From Eledone cirrhosa (taxonomy: Eukaryota), in contig OZ024743.1 of NCBI GenBank assembly GCA_964016885.1, positions 311,922,001 through 311,986,000 on the forward strand: a stretch of 64,000 bases of DNA. The letters are read 5' to 3'. Under the pieces are notes generated by a model. That model made no database searches and was not told where the DNA came from. It worked only from the letters and a program-made list of their open reading frames with translations. Shown one piece after another: positions 10,601 through 25,600 of this stretch. Numbering within the stretch: position 1 is the stretch's first letter; each line of letters starts with the position of its first letter. Both the position numbers and the translations under genes were made by a program.

Positions 10601-13600
10601 GCAGGAACTAGTAGAGGAGGGTGGTCAGTGCCAACATCTACATTGAAGGAGCAGGAACTAGTAGAGGAGGGTGGTCAGTGCCAACATCTACATTGAAGGA
10701 GCAGGAACTAGTAGAGGAGGGTAGTCAGTGCCAACATCTACATTGAAGGAGCAGGAACTAGTAGAGGAGGGTGGTCAGTGCCAACATCTACATTGAAGGA
10801 GCAGGAACTAGTAGAGGAGGGAGGTCAGTGCCAACATGTACATTGAAGGAGCAGGAACTAGTAGCGGAGGGTGGTCAGTGCCAACATCTACATTGAAGGA
10901 GCAGGAACTAGTAGAGGAGGGTGGTCAGTGCCAACATGTACATTGAAGGAGCAGGAACTAGTAGAGGAGGGTAGTCAGTGCCAACATGTACATTGAAGGA
11001 GCAGGAACTAGTAGAGGAGGGTGGTCAGTACAAACATCTACATTGAAGGAGCAGGAACTAGTAGAGGAGGGTGGTCAGTGCCAACATCTACATTGAAGGA
11101 GCAGGTACTAGTAGAGGAGGGTGGTCAGTGCCAACATCTATATTGAAGGAGCAGGAACTAGTAGAGGAGGGTGGTCAGTGCCAACATCTACATTGAAGGA
11201 GCAGGAACTAGTAGAGGAGGGTGGTCAGTGCCAACATCTACATTGAAGGAGCAGGAACTAGTAGAGGAGGGTGGTCAGTGCCAACATCTACATTGAAGGA
11301 GCAGGAACTAGTAGAGGAGGGTGGTCAGTGCCAACATCTACATTGAAGGAGCAGGTACTAGTAGAGGAGGGTGGTCAGTGCCAACATCTACATTGAAGGA
11401 GCAGGTACTAGTAGAGGAGGGTGGTCAGTGCCAACATCTACATTGAAGGAGCAGGAACTAGTAGAGGAGGGTGGTCAGTGCCAACATCTACATTGAAGGA
11501 GCAGGTACTAGTAGAGGAGGGTGGTCAGTGCCAACATCTATATTGAAGGAGCAGGAACTAGTAGAGGAGGGTGGTCAGTGCCAACATCTACATTGAAGGA
11601 GCAGGAACTAGTAGAGGAGGGTGGTCAGTGCCAACATCTACATTGAAGGAGCAGGTACTAGTAGAGGAGGGTGGTCAGTGCCAACATCTACATTGAAGGA
11701 GCAGGTACTAGTAGAGGAGGGTGGTCAGTGCCAACATCTACATTGAAGGAGCAGGAACTAGTAGAGGAGGGTGGTCAGTGCCAACATCTACATTGAAGGA
11801 GCAGGAACTAGTAGAGGAGGGTGGTCAGTGCCAACATCTACATTGAAGGAGCAGGTACTAGTAGAGGAGGGTGGTCAGTGCCAACATCTACATTGAAGGA
11901 GCAGGTACTAGTAGAGGAGGGTGGTCAGTGCCAACATCTATATTGAAGGAGCAGGAACTAGTAGAGGAGGGTGGTCAGTGCCAACATCTATATTGAAGGA
12001 GCAGGAACTAGTAGAGGAGGGTGGTCAGTACAAACATCTACATTGAAGGAGCAGGAACTAGTAGAGGAGGGTGGTCAGTGCCAACATCTACATTGAAGGA
12101 GCAGGTACTAGTAGAGGAGGGTGGTCAGTGCCAACATCTACATTGAAGGAGCAGGAACTAGTAGAGGAGGGTGGTCAGTGCCAACATCTACATTGAAGGA
12201 GCAGGAACTAGTAGAGGAGGGTGGTCAGTGCCAACATCTACATTGAAGGAGCAGGTACTAGTAGAGGAGGGTGGTCAGTGCCAACATCTACATTGAAGGA
12301 GCAGGTACTAGTAGAGGAGGGTGGTCAGTGCCAACATCTATATTGAAGGAGCAGGAACTAGTAGAGGAGGGTGGTCAGTGCCAACATCTATATTGAAGGA
12401 GCAGGAACTAGTAGAGGAGGGTGGTCAGTACAAACATCTACATTGAAGGAGCAGGAACTAGTAGAGGAGGGTGGTCAGTGCCAACATCTACATTGAAGGA
12501 GCAGGTACTAGTAGAGGAGGGTGGTCAGTGCCAACATCTACATTGAAGGAGCAGGAACTAGTAGAGGAGGGTGGTCAGTGCCAACATCTACATTGAAGGA
12601 GCAGGAACTAGTAGAGGAGGGTGGTCAGTGCCAACATGTACATTGAAGGAGCAGGAACTAGTAGAGGAGGGTGGTCAGTGCCAACATCTACATTGAAGGA
12701 GCAGGAACTAGTAGAGGAGGGTGGTCAGTGCCAACATCTATATTGAAGGAGCAGGAACTAGTAGAGGAGGGTGGTCAGTGCCAACATCTACATTGAAGGA
12801 GCAGGAACTAGTAGAGGAGGGTGGTCAGTGCCAACATCTACATTGAAGGAGCAGGAACTAGTAGAGGAGGGTGGTCAGTGCCAACATCTACATTGAAGGA
12901 GCAGGAACTAGTAGAGGAGGGTGGTCAGTGCCAACATCTACATTGAAGGAGCAGGAACTAGTAGAGGAGGGTGGTCAGTGCCAACATCTACATTGAAGGA
13001 GCAGGAACTAGTAGAGGAGGGTGGTCAGTGCCAACATCTATATTGAAGGAGCAGGAACTAGTAGAGGAGGGTGGTCAGTGCCAACATCTACATTGAAGGA
13101 GCAGGAACTAGTAGAGGAGGGTGGTCAGTGCCAACATCTACATTGAAGGAGCAGGAACTAGTAGAGGAGGGTGGTCAGTGCCAACATCTACATTGAAGGA
13201 GCAGGAACTAGTAGAGGAGGGTGGTCAGTGCCAACATCTACATTGAAGGAGCAGGAACTAGTAGAGGAGGGTGGTCAGTGCCAACATCTACATTGAAGGA
13301 GCAGGAACTAGTAGAGGAGGGTGGTCAGTGCCAACATCTACATTGAAGGAGCAGGAACTAGTAGAGGAGGGTGGTCAGTGCCAACATCTACATTGAAGGA
13401 GCAGGAACTAGTAGAGGAGGGTGGTCAGTGCCAACATCTACATTGAAGGAGCAGGAACTAGTAGAGGAGGGTGGTCAGTGCCAACATCTATATTGAAGGA
13501 GCAGGAACTAGTAGAGGAGGGTGGTCAGTGCCAACATCTACATTGAAGGAGCAGGAACTAGTAGAGGAGGGTGGTCAGTGCCAACATCTATATTGAAGGA

Positions 13601-16600
13601 GCAGGAACTAGTAGAGGAGGGTGGTCAGTGCCAACATGTACATTGAAGGAGCAGGAACTAGTAGAGGAGGGTGGTCAGTGCCAACATCTACATTGAAGGA
13701 GCAGGAACTAGTAGAGGAGGGTGGTCCATGCCAACATGTATATTGAAGGAGCAGGAACTAGTAGAGGAGGGTGGTCAGTGCCAACATCTATATTGAAGGA
13801 GCAGGAACTAGTAGAGGAGGGTGGTCAGTACAAACATCTACATTGAAGGAGCAGGAACTAGTAGAGGAGGGTGGTCAGTGCCAACATCTACATTGAAGGA
13901 GCAGGTACTAGTAGAGGAGGGTGGTCAGTGCCAACATCTACATTGAAGGAGCAGGAACTAGTAGAGGAGGGTGGTCAGTGCCAACATCTACATTGAAGGA
14001 GCAGGAACTAGTAGAGGAGGGTGGTCAGTGCCAACATGTACATTGAAGGAGCAGGAACTAGTAGAGGAGGGTGGTCAGTGCCAACATCTACATTGAAGGA
14101 GCAGGAACTAGTAGAGGAGGGTGGTCAGTGCCAACATCTACATTGAAGGAGCAGGAACTAGTAGAGGAGGGTGGTCAGTGCCAACATCTACATTGAAGGA
14201 GCAGGAACTAGTAGAGGAGGGTGGTCAGTGCCAACATCTATATTGAAGGAGCAGGAACTAGTAGAGGAGGGTGGTCAGTGCCAACATCTACATTGAAGGA
14301 GCAGGAACTAGTAGAGGAGGGTGGTCAGTGCCAACATCTACATTGAAGGAGCAGGAACTAGTAGAGGAGGGTGGTCAGTGCCAGCATCTACATTGAAGGA
14401 GCAGGAACTAGTAGAGGAGGGTGGTCAGTGCCAACATGTACATTGAAGGAGCAGGAACTAGTAGAGGAGGGTGGTCAGTGCCAACATCTACATTGAAGGA
14501 GCAGGAACTAGTAGAGGAGGGTGGTCAGTGCCAACATCTACATTGAAGGAGCAGGAACTAGTAGAGGAGGGTAGTCAGTGCCAACATCTACATTGAAGGA
14601 GCAGGAACTAGTAGAGGAGGGTGGTCAGTGCCAACATCTACATTGAAGGAGCAGGAACTAGTAGAGGAGGGAGGTCAGTGCCAACATCTACATTGAAGGA
14701 GCAGGAACTAGTAGAGGAGGGTGGTCAGTGCCAACATCTACATTGAAGGAGCAGGAACTAGTAGAGGAGGGTGGTCAGTGCCAACATCTACATTGAAGGA
14801 GCAGGAACTAGTAGAGGAGGGTGGTCAGTGCCAACATCTACATTGAAGGAGCAGGAACTAGTAGAGGAGGGAGGTCAGTGCCAACATCTACATTGAAGGA
14901 GCAGGAACTAGTAGAGGAGGGTGGTCAGTGCCAACATCTACATTGAAGGAGCAGGAACTAGTAGAGGAGGGTGGTCAGTGCCAACATCTACATTGAAGGA
15001 GCAGGAACTAGTAGAGGAGGGAGGTCAGTGCCAACATCTACATTGAAGGAGCAGGAACTAGTAGAGGAGGGTGGTCAGTGCCAACATGTACATTGAAGGA
15101 GCAGGAACTAGTAGCGGAGGGTGGTCAGTGCCAACATCTACATTGAAGGAGCAGGAACTAGTAGAGGAGGGTGGTCAGTGCCAACATGTACATTGAAGGA
15201 GCAGGAACTAGTAGAGGAGGGTAGTCAGTACAAACATCTACATTGAAGGAGCAGGAACTAGTAGAGGAGGGTGGTCAGTGCCAACATGTACATTGAAGGA
15301 GCAGGAACTAGTAGAGGAGGGTGGTCAGTACAAACATCTACATTGAAGGAGCAGGAACTAGTAGAGGAGGGTGGTCAGTGCCAACATGTACATTGAAGGA
15401 GCAGGAACTAGTAGAGGAGGGTAGTCAGTACAAACATCTACATTGAAGGAGCAGGAACTAGTAGAGGAGGGTGGTCAGTGCCAACATGTACATTGAAGGA
15501 GCAGGAACTAGTAGAGGAGGGTGGTCAGTACAAACATCTACATTGAAGGAGCAGGAACTAGTAGAGGAGGGTGGTCAGTACAAACATCTACATTGAAGGA
15601 GCAGGAACTAGTAGAGGAGGGTGGTCAGTGCCAACATCTACATTGAAGGAGCAGGAACTAGTAGAGGAGGGTGGTCAGTGCCAACATGTACATTGAAGGA
15701 GCAGGAACTAGTAGAGGAGGGTGGTCAGTGCCAACATGTACATTGAAGGAGCAGGAACTAGTAGAGGAGGGTGGTCAGTACAAACATCTACATTGAAGGA
15801 GCAGGAACTAGTAGAGGAGGGTGGTCAGTGCCAACATCTACATTGAAGGAGCAGGAACTAGTAGAGGAGGGTGGTCAGTGCCAACATGTACATTGAAGGA
15901 GCAGGAACTAGTAGAGGAGGGTGGTCAGTACAAACATCTACATTGAAGGAGCAGGAACTAGTAGAGGAGGGTGGTCAGTGCCAACATGTACATTGAAGGA
16001 GCAGGAACTAGTAGAGGAGGGTGGTCAGTGCCAACATGTACATTGAAGGAGCAGGAACTAGTAGAGGAGGGTGGTCAGTACAAACATCTACATTGAAGGA
16101 GCAGGAACTAGTAGAGGAGGGTGGTCAGTGCCAACATCTACATTGAAGGAGCAGGAACTAGTAGAGGAGGGTGGTCAGTGCCAACATGTACATTGAAGGA
16201 GCAGGAACTAGTAGAGGAGGGTAGTCAGTACAAACATCTACATTGAAGGAGCAGGAACTAGTAGAGGAGGGTGGTCAGTGCCAACATGTACATTGAAGGA
16301 GCAGGAACTAGTAGAGGAGGGTGGTCAGTGCCAACATGTACATTGAAGGAGCAGGAACTAGTAGAGGAGGGTGGTCAGTACAAACATCTACATTGAAGGA
16401 GCAGGAACTAGTAGAGGAGGGTGGTCAGTGCCAACATCTACATTGAAGGAGCAGGAACTAGTAGAGGAGGGTGGTCAGTGCCAACATGTACATTGAAGGA
16501 GCAGGAACTAGTAGAGGAGGGTGGTCAGTACAAACATCTACATTGAAGGAGCAGGAACTAGTAGAGGAGGGTGGTCAGTGCCAACATCTACATTGAAGGA

Positions 16601-19600
16601 GCAGGAACTAGTAGAGGAGGGTGGTCAGTGCCAACATGTACATTGAAGGAGCAGGAACTAGTAGAGGAGGGTGGTCAGTGCCAACATCTACATTGAAGGA
16701 GCAGGAACTAGTAGAGGAGGGTGGTCAGTACCAACATGTACATTGAAGGAGCAGGAACTAGTAGAGGAGGGTGGTCAGTACAAACATCTACATTGAAGGA
16801 GCAGGAACTAGTAGAGGAGGGTGGTCAGTGCCAACATCTACATTGAAGGAGCAGGTACTAGTAGAGGAGGGTGGTCAGTGCCAACATCTACATTGAAGGA
16901 GCAGGAACTAGTAGAGGAGGGTGGTCAGTGCCAACATGTACATTGAAGGAGCAGGAACTAGTAGAGGAGGGTGGTCAGTGCCAACATCTACATTGAAGGA
17001 GCAGGAACTAGTAGAGGAGGGTGGTCAGTGCCAACATCTATATTGAAGGAGCAGGAACTAGTAGAGGAGGGTGGTCAGTGCCAACATCTACATTGAAGGA
17101 GCAGGAACTAGTAGAGGAGGGTGGTCAGTGCCAACATCTACATTGAAGGAGCAGGAACTAGTAGAGGAGGGTGGTCAGTACAAACATCTACATTGAAGGA
17201 GCAGGAACTAGTAGAGGAGGGTGGTCAGTGCCAACATCTATATTGAAGGAGCAGGAACTAGTAGAGGAGGGTGGTCCATGCCAGCATCTACATTGAAGGA
17301 GCAGGAACTAGTAGAGGAGGGTGGTCAGTGCCAACATCTACATTGAAGGAGCAGGAACTAGTAGAGGAGGGTGGTCAGTGCCAACATCTACATTGAAGGA
17401 GCAGGAATTAGTAGAGGAGGGTGGTCAGTGCCAACATCTACATTGAAGGAGCAGGAACTAGTAGAGGAGGGTGGTCCATGCCAGCATCTACATTGAAGGA
17501 GCAGGAACTAGTAGAGGAGGGTGGTCAGTGCCAACATCTACATTGAAGGAGCAGGAATTAGTAGAGGAGGGTGGTCAGTGCCAACATCTACATTGAAGGA
17601 GCAGGAACTAGTAGAGGAGGGTGGTCCATGCCAACATGTACATTGAAGGAGCAGGAACTAGTAGAGGAGGGTGGTCAGTGCCAACATCTACATTGAAGGA
17701 GCAGGAACTAGTAGAGGAGGGTGGTCAGTGCCAACATCTACATTGAAGGAGCAGGAACTAGTAGAGGAGGGTAGTCAGTGCCAACATCTACATTGAAGGA
17801 GCAGGAACTAGTAGAGGAGGGTAGGTCAGTGCCAACATCTACATTGAAGGAGCAGGAACTAGTAGAGGAGGGTGGTCAGTGCCAACATCTACATTGAAGG
17901 AGCAGGAACTAGTAGAGGAGGGTAGTCAGTGCCAACATCTACATTGAAGGAGCAGGAACTAGTAGAGGAGGGTGGTCAGTGCCAACATCTACATTGAAGG
18001 AGCAGGAACTAGTAGAGGAGGGTAGTCAGTGCCAACATCTACATTGAAGGAGCAGGAACTAGTAGAGGAGGGTGGTCAGTGCCAACATCTACATTGAAGG
18101 AGCAGGAACTAGTAGAGGAGGGTAGTCAGTGCCAACATCTACATTGAAGGAGCAGGAACTAGTAGAGGAGGGTAGTCAGTGCCAACATCTACATTGAAGG
18201 AGCAGGAACTAGTAGAGGAGGGTGGTCAGTGCCAACATCTACATTGAAGGAGCAGGAACTAGTAGAGGAGGGTGGTCAGTGCCAACATCTACATTGAAGG
18301 AGCAGGAACTAGTAGAGGAGGGTGGTCAGTGCCAACATCTACATTGAAGGAGCAGGAACTAGTAGAGGAGGGTGGTCAGTGCCAACATCTATATTGAAGG
18401 AGCAGGAACTAGTAGAGGAGGGTGGTCAGTAGCCAACATCTACATTGAAGGAGCAGGAACTAGTAGAGGAGGGTGGTCAGTGCCAACATCTATATTGAAG
18501 GAGCAGGAACTAGTAGAGGAGGGTGGTCAGTGCCAACATCTACATTGAAGGAGCAGGAACTAGTAGAGGAGGGTGGTCAGTGCCAACATCTATATTGAAG
18601 GAGCAGGAACTAGTAGAGGAGGGTGGTCAGTGCCAACATCTACATTGAAGGAGCAGGAACTAGTAGAGGAGGGTGGTCAGTGCCAACATCTATATTGAAG
18701 GAGCAGGAACTAGTAGAGGAGGGTGGTCAGTGCCAACATCTACATTGAAGGAGCAGGAACTAGTAGAGGAGGGTGGTCAGTGCCAACATCTACATTGAAG
18801 GAGCAGGAACTAGTAGAGGAGGGTGGTCAGTGCCAACATCTACATTGAAGGAGCAGGAACTAGTAGAGGAGGGTGGTCAGTGCCAACATCTACATTGAAG
18901 GAGCAGGAACTAGTAGAGGAGGGTGGTCAGTGCCAACATCTACATTGAAGGAGCAGGAACTAGTAGAGGAGGGTGGTCAGTGCCAACATCTACATTGAAG
19001 GAGCAGGAACTAGTAGAGGAGGGTGGTCAGTACCAACATGTACATTGAAGGAGCAGGAACTAGTAGAGGAGGGTGGTCAGTGCCAACATCTACATTGAAG
19101 GAGCAGGAACTAGTAGAGGAGGGTGGTCAGTGCCAACATCTACATTGAAGGAGCAGGAACTAGTAGAGGAGGGTGGTCAGTGCCAACATCTACATTGAAG
19201 GAGCAGGAACTAGTAGAGGAGGGTGGTCAGTGCCAACATCTACATTGAAGGAGCAGGAACTAGTAGAGGAGGGTGGTCAGTGCCAACATCTACATTGAAG
19301 GAGCAGGAACTAGTAGAGGAGGGTGGTCAGTGCCAACATCTACATTGAAGGAGCAGGAACTAGTAGAGGAGGGTGGTCAGTGCCAACATCTACATTGAAG
19401 GAGCAGGAACTAGTAGAGGAGGGTGGTCAGTGCCAACATCTACATTGAAGGAGCAGGAACTAGTAGAGGAGGGTGGTCAGTGCCAACATCTACATTGAAG
19501 GAGCAGGAACTAGTAGAGGAGGGTGGTCAGTGCCAACATCTACATTGAAGGAGCAGGAACTAGTAGAGGAGGGTGGTCAGTGCCAACATCTATATTGAAG

Positions 19601-22600
19601 GAGCAGGAACTAGTAGAGGAGGGTGGTCAGTGCCAACATCTACATTGAAGGAGCAGGAACTAGTAGAGGAGGGTGGTCAGTGCCAACATCTATATTGAAG
19701 GAGCAGGAACTAGTAGGGGAGGGTGGTCAGTGCCAACATCTATATTGAAGGAGCAGGAACTAGTAGAGGAGGGTGGTCAGTGCCAACATCTATATTGAAG
19801 GAGCAGGAACTAGTAGAGGAGGGTGGTCAGTGCCAACATCTACATTGAAGGAGCAGGAACTAGTAGAGGAGGGTGGTCAGTGCCAACATCTATATTGAAG
19901 GAGCAGGAACTAGTAGAGGAGGGTGGTCAGTGCCAACATCTACATTGAAGGAGCAGGAACTAGTAGAGGAGGGTGGTCAGTGCCAACATCTACATTGAAG
20001 GAGCAGGAACTAGTAGAGGAGGGTGGTCAGTGCCAACATCTACATTGAAGGAGCAGGAACTAGTAGAGGAGGGTGGTCAGTGCCAACATCTATATTGAAG
20101 GAGCAGGAACTAGTAGAGGAGGGTGGTCAGTGCCAACATCTATATTGAAGGAGCAGGAACTAGTAGAGGAGGGTGGTCAGTGCCAACATCTACATTGAAG
20201 GAGCAGGAACTAGTAGAGGAGGGTGGTCAGTGCCAACATCTACATTGAAGGAGCAGGAACTAGTAGAGGAGGGTGGTCAGTGCCAACATCTACATTGAAG
20301 GAGCAGGAACTAGTAGAGGAGGGTGGTCAGTGCCAACATCTATATTGAAGGAGCAGGAACTAGTAGAGGAGGGTGGTCAGTGCCAACATCTACATTGAAG
20401 GAGCAGGAACTAGTAGAGGAGGGTGGTCAGTGCCAACATGTACATTGAAGGAGCAGGAACTAGTAGAGGAGGGTGGTCAGTGCCAACATCTACATTGAAG
20501 GAGCAGGAACTAGTAGAGGAGGGTGGTCAGTACAAACATCTACATTGAAGGAGCAGGAACTAGTAGAGGAGGGTGGTCAGTGCCAACATCTATATTGAAG
20601 GAGCAGGAACTAGTAGAGGAGGGTGGTCAGTGCCAACATCTACATTGAAGGAGCAGGAACTAGTAGAGGAGGGTGGTCAGTGCCAACATCTACATTGAAG
20701 GAGCAGGAACTAGTAGAGGAGGGTGGTCAGTGCCAACATCTACATTGAAGGAGCAGGAACTAGTAGAGGAGGGTGGTCAGTGCCAACATCTACATTGAAG
20801 GAGCAGGAACTAGTAGAGGAGGGTGGTCAGTGCCAACATCTATATTGAAGGAGCAGGAACTAGTAGAGGAGGGTGGTCAGTGCCAACATCTACATTGAAG
20901 GAGCAGGAACTAGTAGAGGAGGGTGGTCAGTGCCAACATCTACATTGAAGGAGCAGGAACTAGTAGAGGAGGGTGGTCAGTGCCAACATCTACATTGAAG
21001 GAGCAGGAACTAGTAGAGGAGGGTGGTCAGTGCCAACATCTATATTGAAGGAGCAGGAACTAGTAGAGGAGGGTGGTCAGTGCCAACATCTACATTGAAG
21101 GAGCAGGAACTAGTAGAGGAGGGTGGTCAGTGCCAACATCTATATTGAAGGAGCAGGAACTAGTAGAGGAGGGTGGTCAGTGCCAACATGTACATTGAAG
21201 GAGCAGGAACTAGTAGAGGAGGGTGGTCAGTGCCAACATGTACATTGAAGGAGCAGGAACTAGTAGAGGAGGGTGGTCAGTGCCAACATCTACATTGAAG
21301 GAGCAGGAACTAGTAGAGGAGGGTGGTCAGTGCCAACATCTACATTGAAGGAGCAGGAACTAGTAGAGGAGGGTGGTCAGTGCCAACATCTACATTGAAG
21401 GAGCAGGAACTAGTAGAGGAGGGTGGTCAGTGCCAACATCTACATTGAAGGAGCAGGAACTAGTAGAGGAGGGTGGTCAGTGCCAACATCTACATTGAAG
21501 GAGCAGGAACTAGTAGAGGAGGGTGGTCAGTGCCAACATCTACATTGAAGGAGCAGGAACTAGTAGAGGAGGGTGGTCAGTGCCAACATCTATATTGAAG
21601 GAGCAGGAACTAGTAGAGGAGGGTGGTCAGTGCCAACATCTACATTGAAGGAGCAGGAACTAGTAGAGGAGGGTGGTCAGTGCCAACATCTATATTGAAG
21701 GAGCAGGAACTAGTAGAGGAGGGTGGTCAGTGCCAACATCTACATTGAAGGAGCAGGAACTAGTAGAGGAGGGTGGTCAGTGCCAACATCTACATTGAAG
21801 GAGCAGGAACTAGTAGAGGAGGGTGGTCAGTGCCAACATCTACATTGAAGGAGCAGGAACTAGTAGAGGAGGGTGGTCAGTGCCAACATCTACATTGAAG
21901 GAGCAGGAACTAGTAGAGGAGGGTGGTCAGTGCCAACATCTACATTGAAGGAGCAGGAACTAGTAGAGGAGGGTGGTCAGTGCCAACATCTACATTGAAG
22001 GAGCAGGAACTAGTAGAGGAGGGTGGTCAGTGCCAACATCTACATTGAAGGAGCAGGAACTAGTAGAGGAGGGTGGTCAGTGCCAACATCTACATTGAAG
22101 GAGCAGGAACTAGTAGAGGAGGGTGGTCAGTGCCAACATCTACATTGAAGGAGCAGGAACTAGTAGAGGAGGGTGGTCAGTGCCAACATCTACATTGAAG
22201 GAGCAGGAACTAGTAGAGGAGGGTGGTCAGTGCCAACATCTACATTGAAGGAGCAGGAACTAGTAGAGGAGGGTGGTCAGTGCCAACATCTACATTGAAG
22301 GAGCAGGAACTAGTAGAGGAGGGTGGTCAGTGCCAACATCTACATTGAAGGAGCAGGAACTAGTAGAGGAGGGTGGTCAGTGCCAACATCTACATTGAAG
22401 GAGCAGGAACTAGTAGAGGAGGGTGGTCAGTGCCAACATCTACATTGAAGGAGCAGGAACTAGTAGAGGAGGGTGGTCAGTGCCAACATCTACATTGAAG
22501 GAGCAGGAACTAGTAGAGGAGGGTGGTCAGTGCCAACATCTACATTGAAGGAGCAGGAACTAGTAGAGGAGGGTGGTCAGTGCCAACATCTACATTGAAG

Positions 22601-25600
22601 GAGCAGGAACTAGTAGAGGAGGGTGGTCAGTGCCAACATGTACATTGAAGGAGCAGGAACTAGTAGAGGAGGGTGGTCAGTGCCAACATCTACATTGAAG
22701 GAGCAGGAACTAGTAGAGGAGGGTGGTCAGTGCCAACATCTACATTGAAGGAGCAGGAACTAGTAGAGGAGGGTGGTCAGTGCCAACATCTACATTGAAG
22801 GAGCAGGAACTAGTAGAGGAGGGTGGTCAGTGCCAACATCTACATTGAAGGAGCAGGAACTAGTAGAGGAGGGTGGTCAGTGCCAACATCTACATTGAAG
22901 GAGCAGGAACTAGTAGAGGAGGGTGGTCAGTGCCAACATCTACATTGAAGGAGCAGGAACTAGTAGAGGAGGGTGGTCAGTGCCAACATCTACATTGAAG
23001 GAGCAGGAACTAGTAGAGGAGGGTGGTCAGTGCCAACATCTACATTGAAGGAGCAGGAACTAGTAGAGGAGGGTGGTCAGTGCCAACATCTACATTGAAG
23101 GAGCAGGAACTAGTAGAGGAGGGTGGTCAGTGCCAACATCTACATTGAAGGAGCAGGAACTAGTAGAGGAGGGTGGTCAGTGCCAACATCTACATTGAAG
23201 GAGCAGGAACTAGTAGAGGAGGGTGGTCAGTGCCAACATCTACATTGAAGGAGCAGGAACTAGTAGAGGAGGGTGGTCAGTGCCAACATCTACATTGAAG
23301 GAGCAGGAACTAGTAGAGGAGGGTGGTCAGTGCCAACATCTACATTGAAGGAGCAGGAACTAGTAGAGGAGGGTGGTCAGTGCCAACATCTACATTGAAG
23401 GAGCAGGAACTAGTAGAGGAGGGTGGTCAGTGCCAACATCTACATTGAAGGAGCAGGAACTAGTAGAGGAGGGTGGTCAGTGCCAACATCTACATTGAAG
23501 GAGCAGGAACTAGTAGAGGAGGGTGGTCAGTGCCAACATCTACATTGAAGGAGCAGGAACTAGTAGAGGAGGGTGGTCAGTGCCAACATCTACATTGAAG
23601 GAGCAGGAACTAGTAGAGGAGGGTGGTCAGTGCCAACATCTACATTGAAGGAGCAGGAACTAGTAGAGGAGGGTGGTCAGTGCCAACATCTACATTGAAG
23701 GAGCAGGAACTAGTAGAGGAGGGTGGTCAGTGCCAACATCTACATTGAAGGAGCAGGAACTAGTAGAGGAGGGTGGTCAGTGCCAACATCTACATTGAAG
23801 GAGCAGGAACTAGTAGAGGAGGGTGGTCAGTGCCAACATCTACATTGAAGGAGCAGGAACTAGTAGAGGAGGGTGGTCAGTGCCAACATCTACATTGAAG
23901 GAGCAGGAACTAGTAGAGGAGGGTGGTCAGTGCCAACATCTACATTGAAGGAGCAGGAACTAGTAGAGGAGGGTGGTCAGTGCCAACATCTACATTGAAG
24001 GAGCAGGAACTAGTAGAGGGAGGGTGGTCAGTGCCAACATCTACATTGAAGGAGCAGGAACTAGTAGAGGAGGGTGGTCAGTGCCAACATCTACATTGAA
24101 GGAGCAGGAACTAGTAGAGGAGGGTGGTCAGTGCCAACATCTACATTGAAGGAGCAGGAACTAGTAGAGGAGGGTGGTCAGTGCCAACATCTACATTGAA
24201 GGAGCAGGAACTAGTAGAGGAGGGTGGTCAGTGCCAACATCTACATTGAAGGAGCAGGAACTAGTAGAGGAGGGTGGTCAGTGCCAACATGTACATTGAA
24301 GGAGCAGGAACTAGTAGAGGAGGGTGGTCAGTGCCAACATCTACATTGAAGGAGCAGGAACTAGTAGAGGAGGGTGGTCAGTGCCAACATCTACATTGAA
24401 GGAGCAGGAACTAGTAGAGGAGGGTGGTCAGTGCCAACATCTACATTGAAGGAGCAGGAACTAGTAGAGGAGGGTGGTCAGTGCCAACATCTACATTGAA
24501 GGAGCAGGAACTAGTAGAGGAGGGTGGTCAGTGCCAACATGTACATTGAAGGAGCAGGAACTAGTAGAGGAGGGTGGTCAGTGCCAACATGTACATTGAA
24601 GGAGCAGGAACTAGTAGAGGAGGGTGGTCAGTGCCAACATCTACATTGAAGGAGCAGGAACTAGTAGAGGAGGGTGGTCAGTGCCAACATCTACATTGAA
24701 GGAGCAGGAACTAGTAGAGGAGGGTGGTCAGTGCCAACATCTACATTGAAGGAGCAGGAACTAGTAGAGGAGGGTGGTCAGTGCCAACATCTACATTGAA
24801 GGAGCAGGAACTAGTAGAGGAGGGTGGTCAGTGCCAACATCTACATTGAAGGAGCAGGAACTAGTAGAGGAGGGTGGTCAGTGCCAACATCTACATTGAA
24901 GGAGCAGGAACTAGTAGAGGAGGGTGGTCAGTGCCAACATCTACATTGAAGGAGCAGGAACTAGTAGAGGAGGGTGGTCAGTGCCAACATCTACATTGAA
25001 GGAGCAGGAACTAGTAGAGGAGGGTGGTCAGTGCCAACATCTACATTGAAGGAGCAGGAACTAGTAGAGGAGGGTGGTCAGTGCCAACATCTACATTGAA
25101 GGAGCAGGAACTAGTAGAGGAGGGTGGTCAGTGCCAACATCTACATTGAAGGAGCAGGAACTAGTAGAGGAGGGTGGTCAGTGCCAACATCTACATTGAA
25201 GGAGCAGGAACTAGTAGAGGAGGGTGGTCAGTGCCAACATCTACATTGAAGGAGCAGGAACTAGTAGAGGAGGGTGGTCAGTGCCAACATGTACATTGAA
25301 GGAGCAGGAACTAGTAGAGGGAGGGTGGTCAGTGCCAACATCTACATTGAAGGAGCAGGAACTAGTAGAGGAGGGTGGTCAGTGCCAACATCTACATTGA
25401 AGGAGCAGGAACTAGTAGAGGAGGGTGGTCAGTGCCAACATCTACATTGAAGGAGCAGGAACTAGTAGAGGAGGGTGGTCAGTGCCAACATCTACATTGA
25501 AGGAGCAGGAACTAGTAGAGGAGGGTGGTCAGTGCCAACATCTACATTGAAGGAGCAGGAACTAGTAGAGGAGGGTGGTCAGTGCCAACATCTACATTGA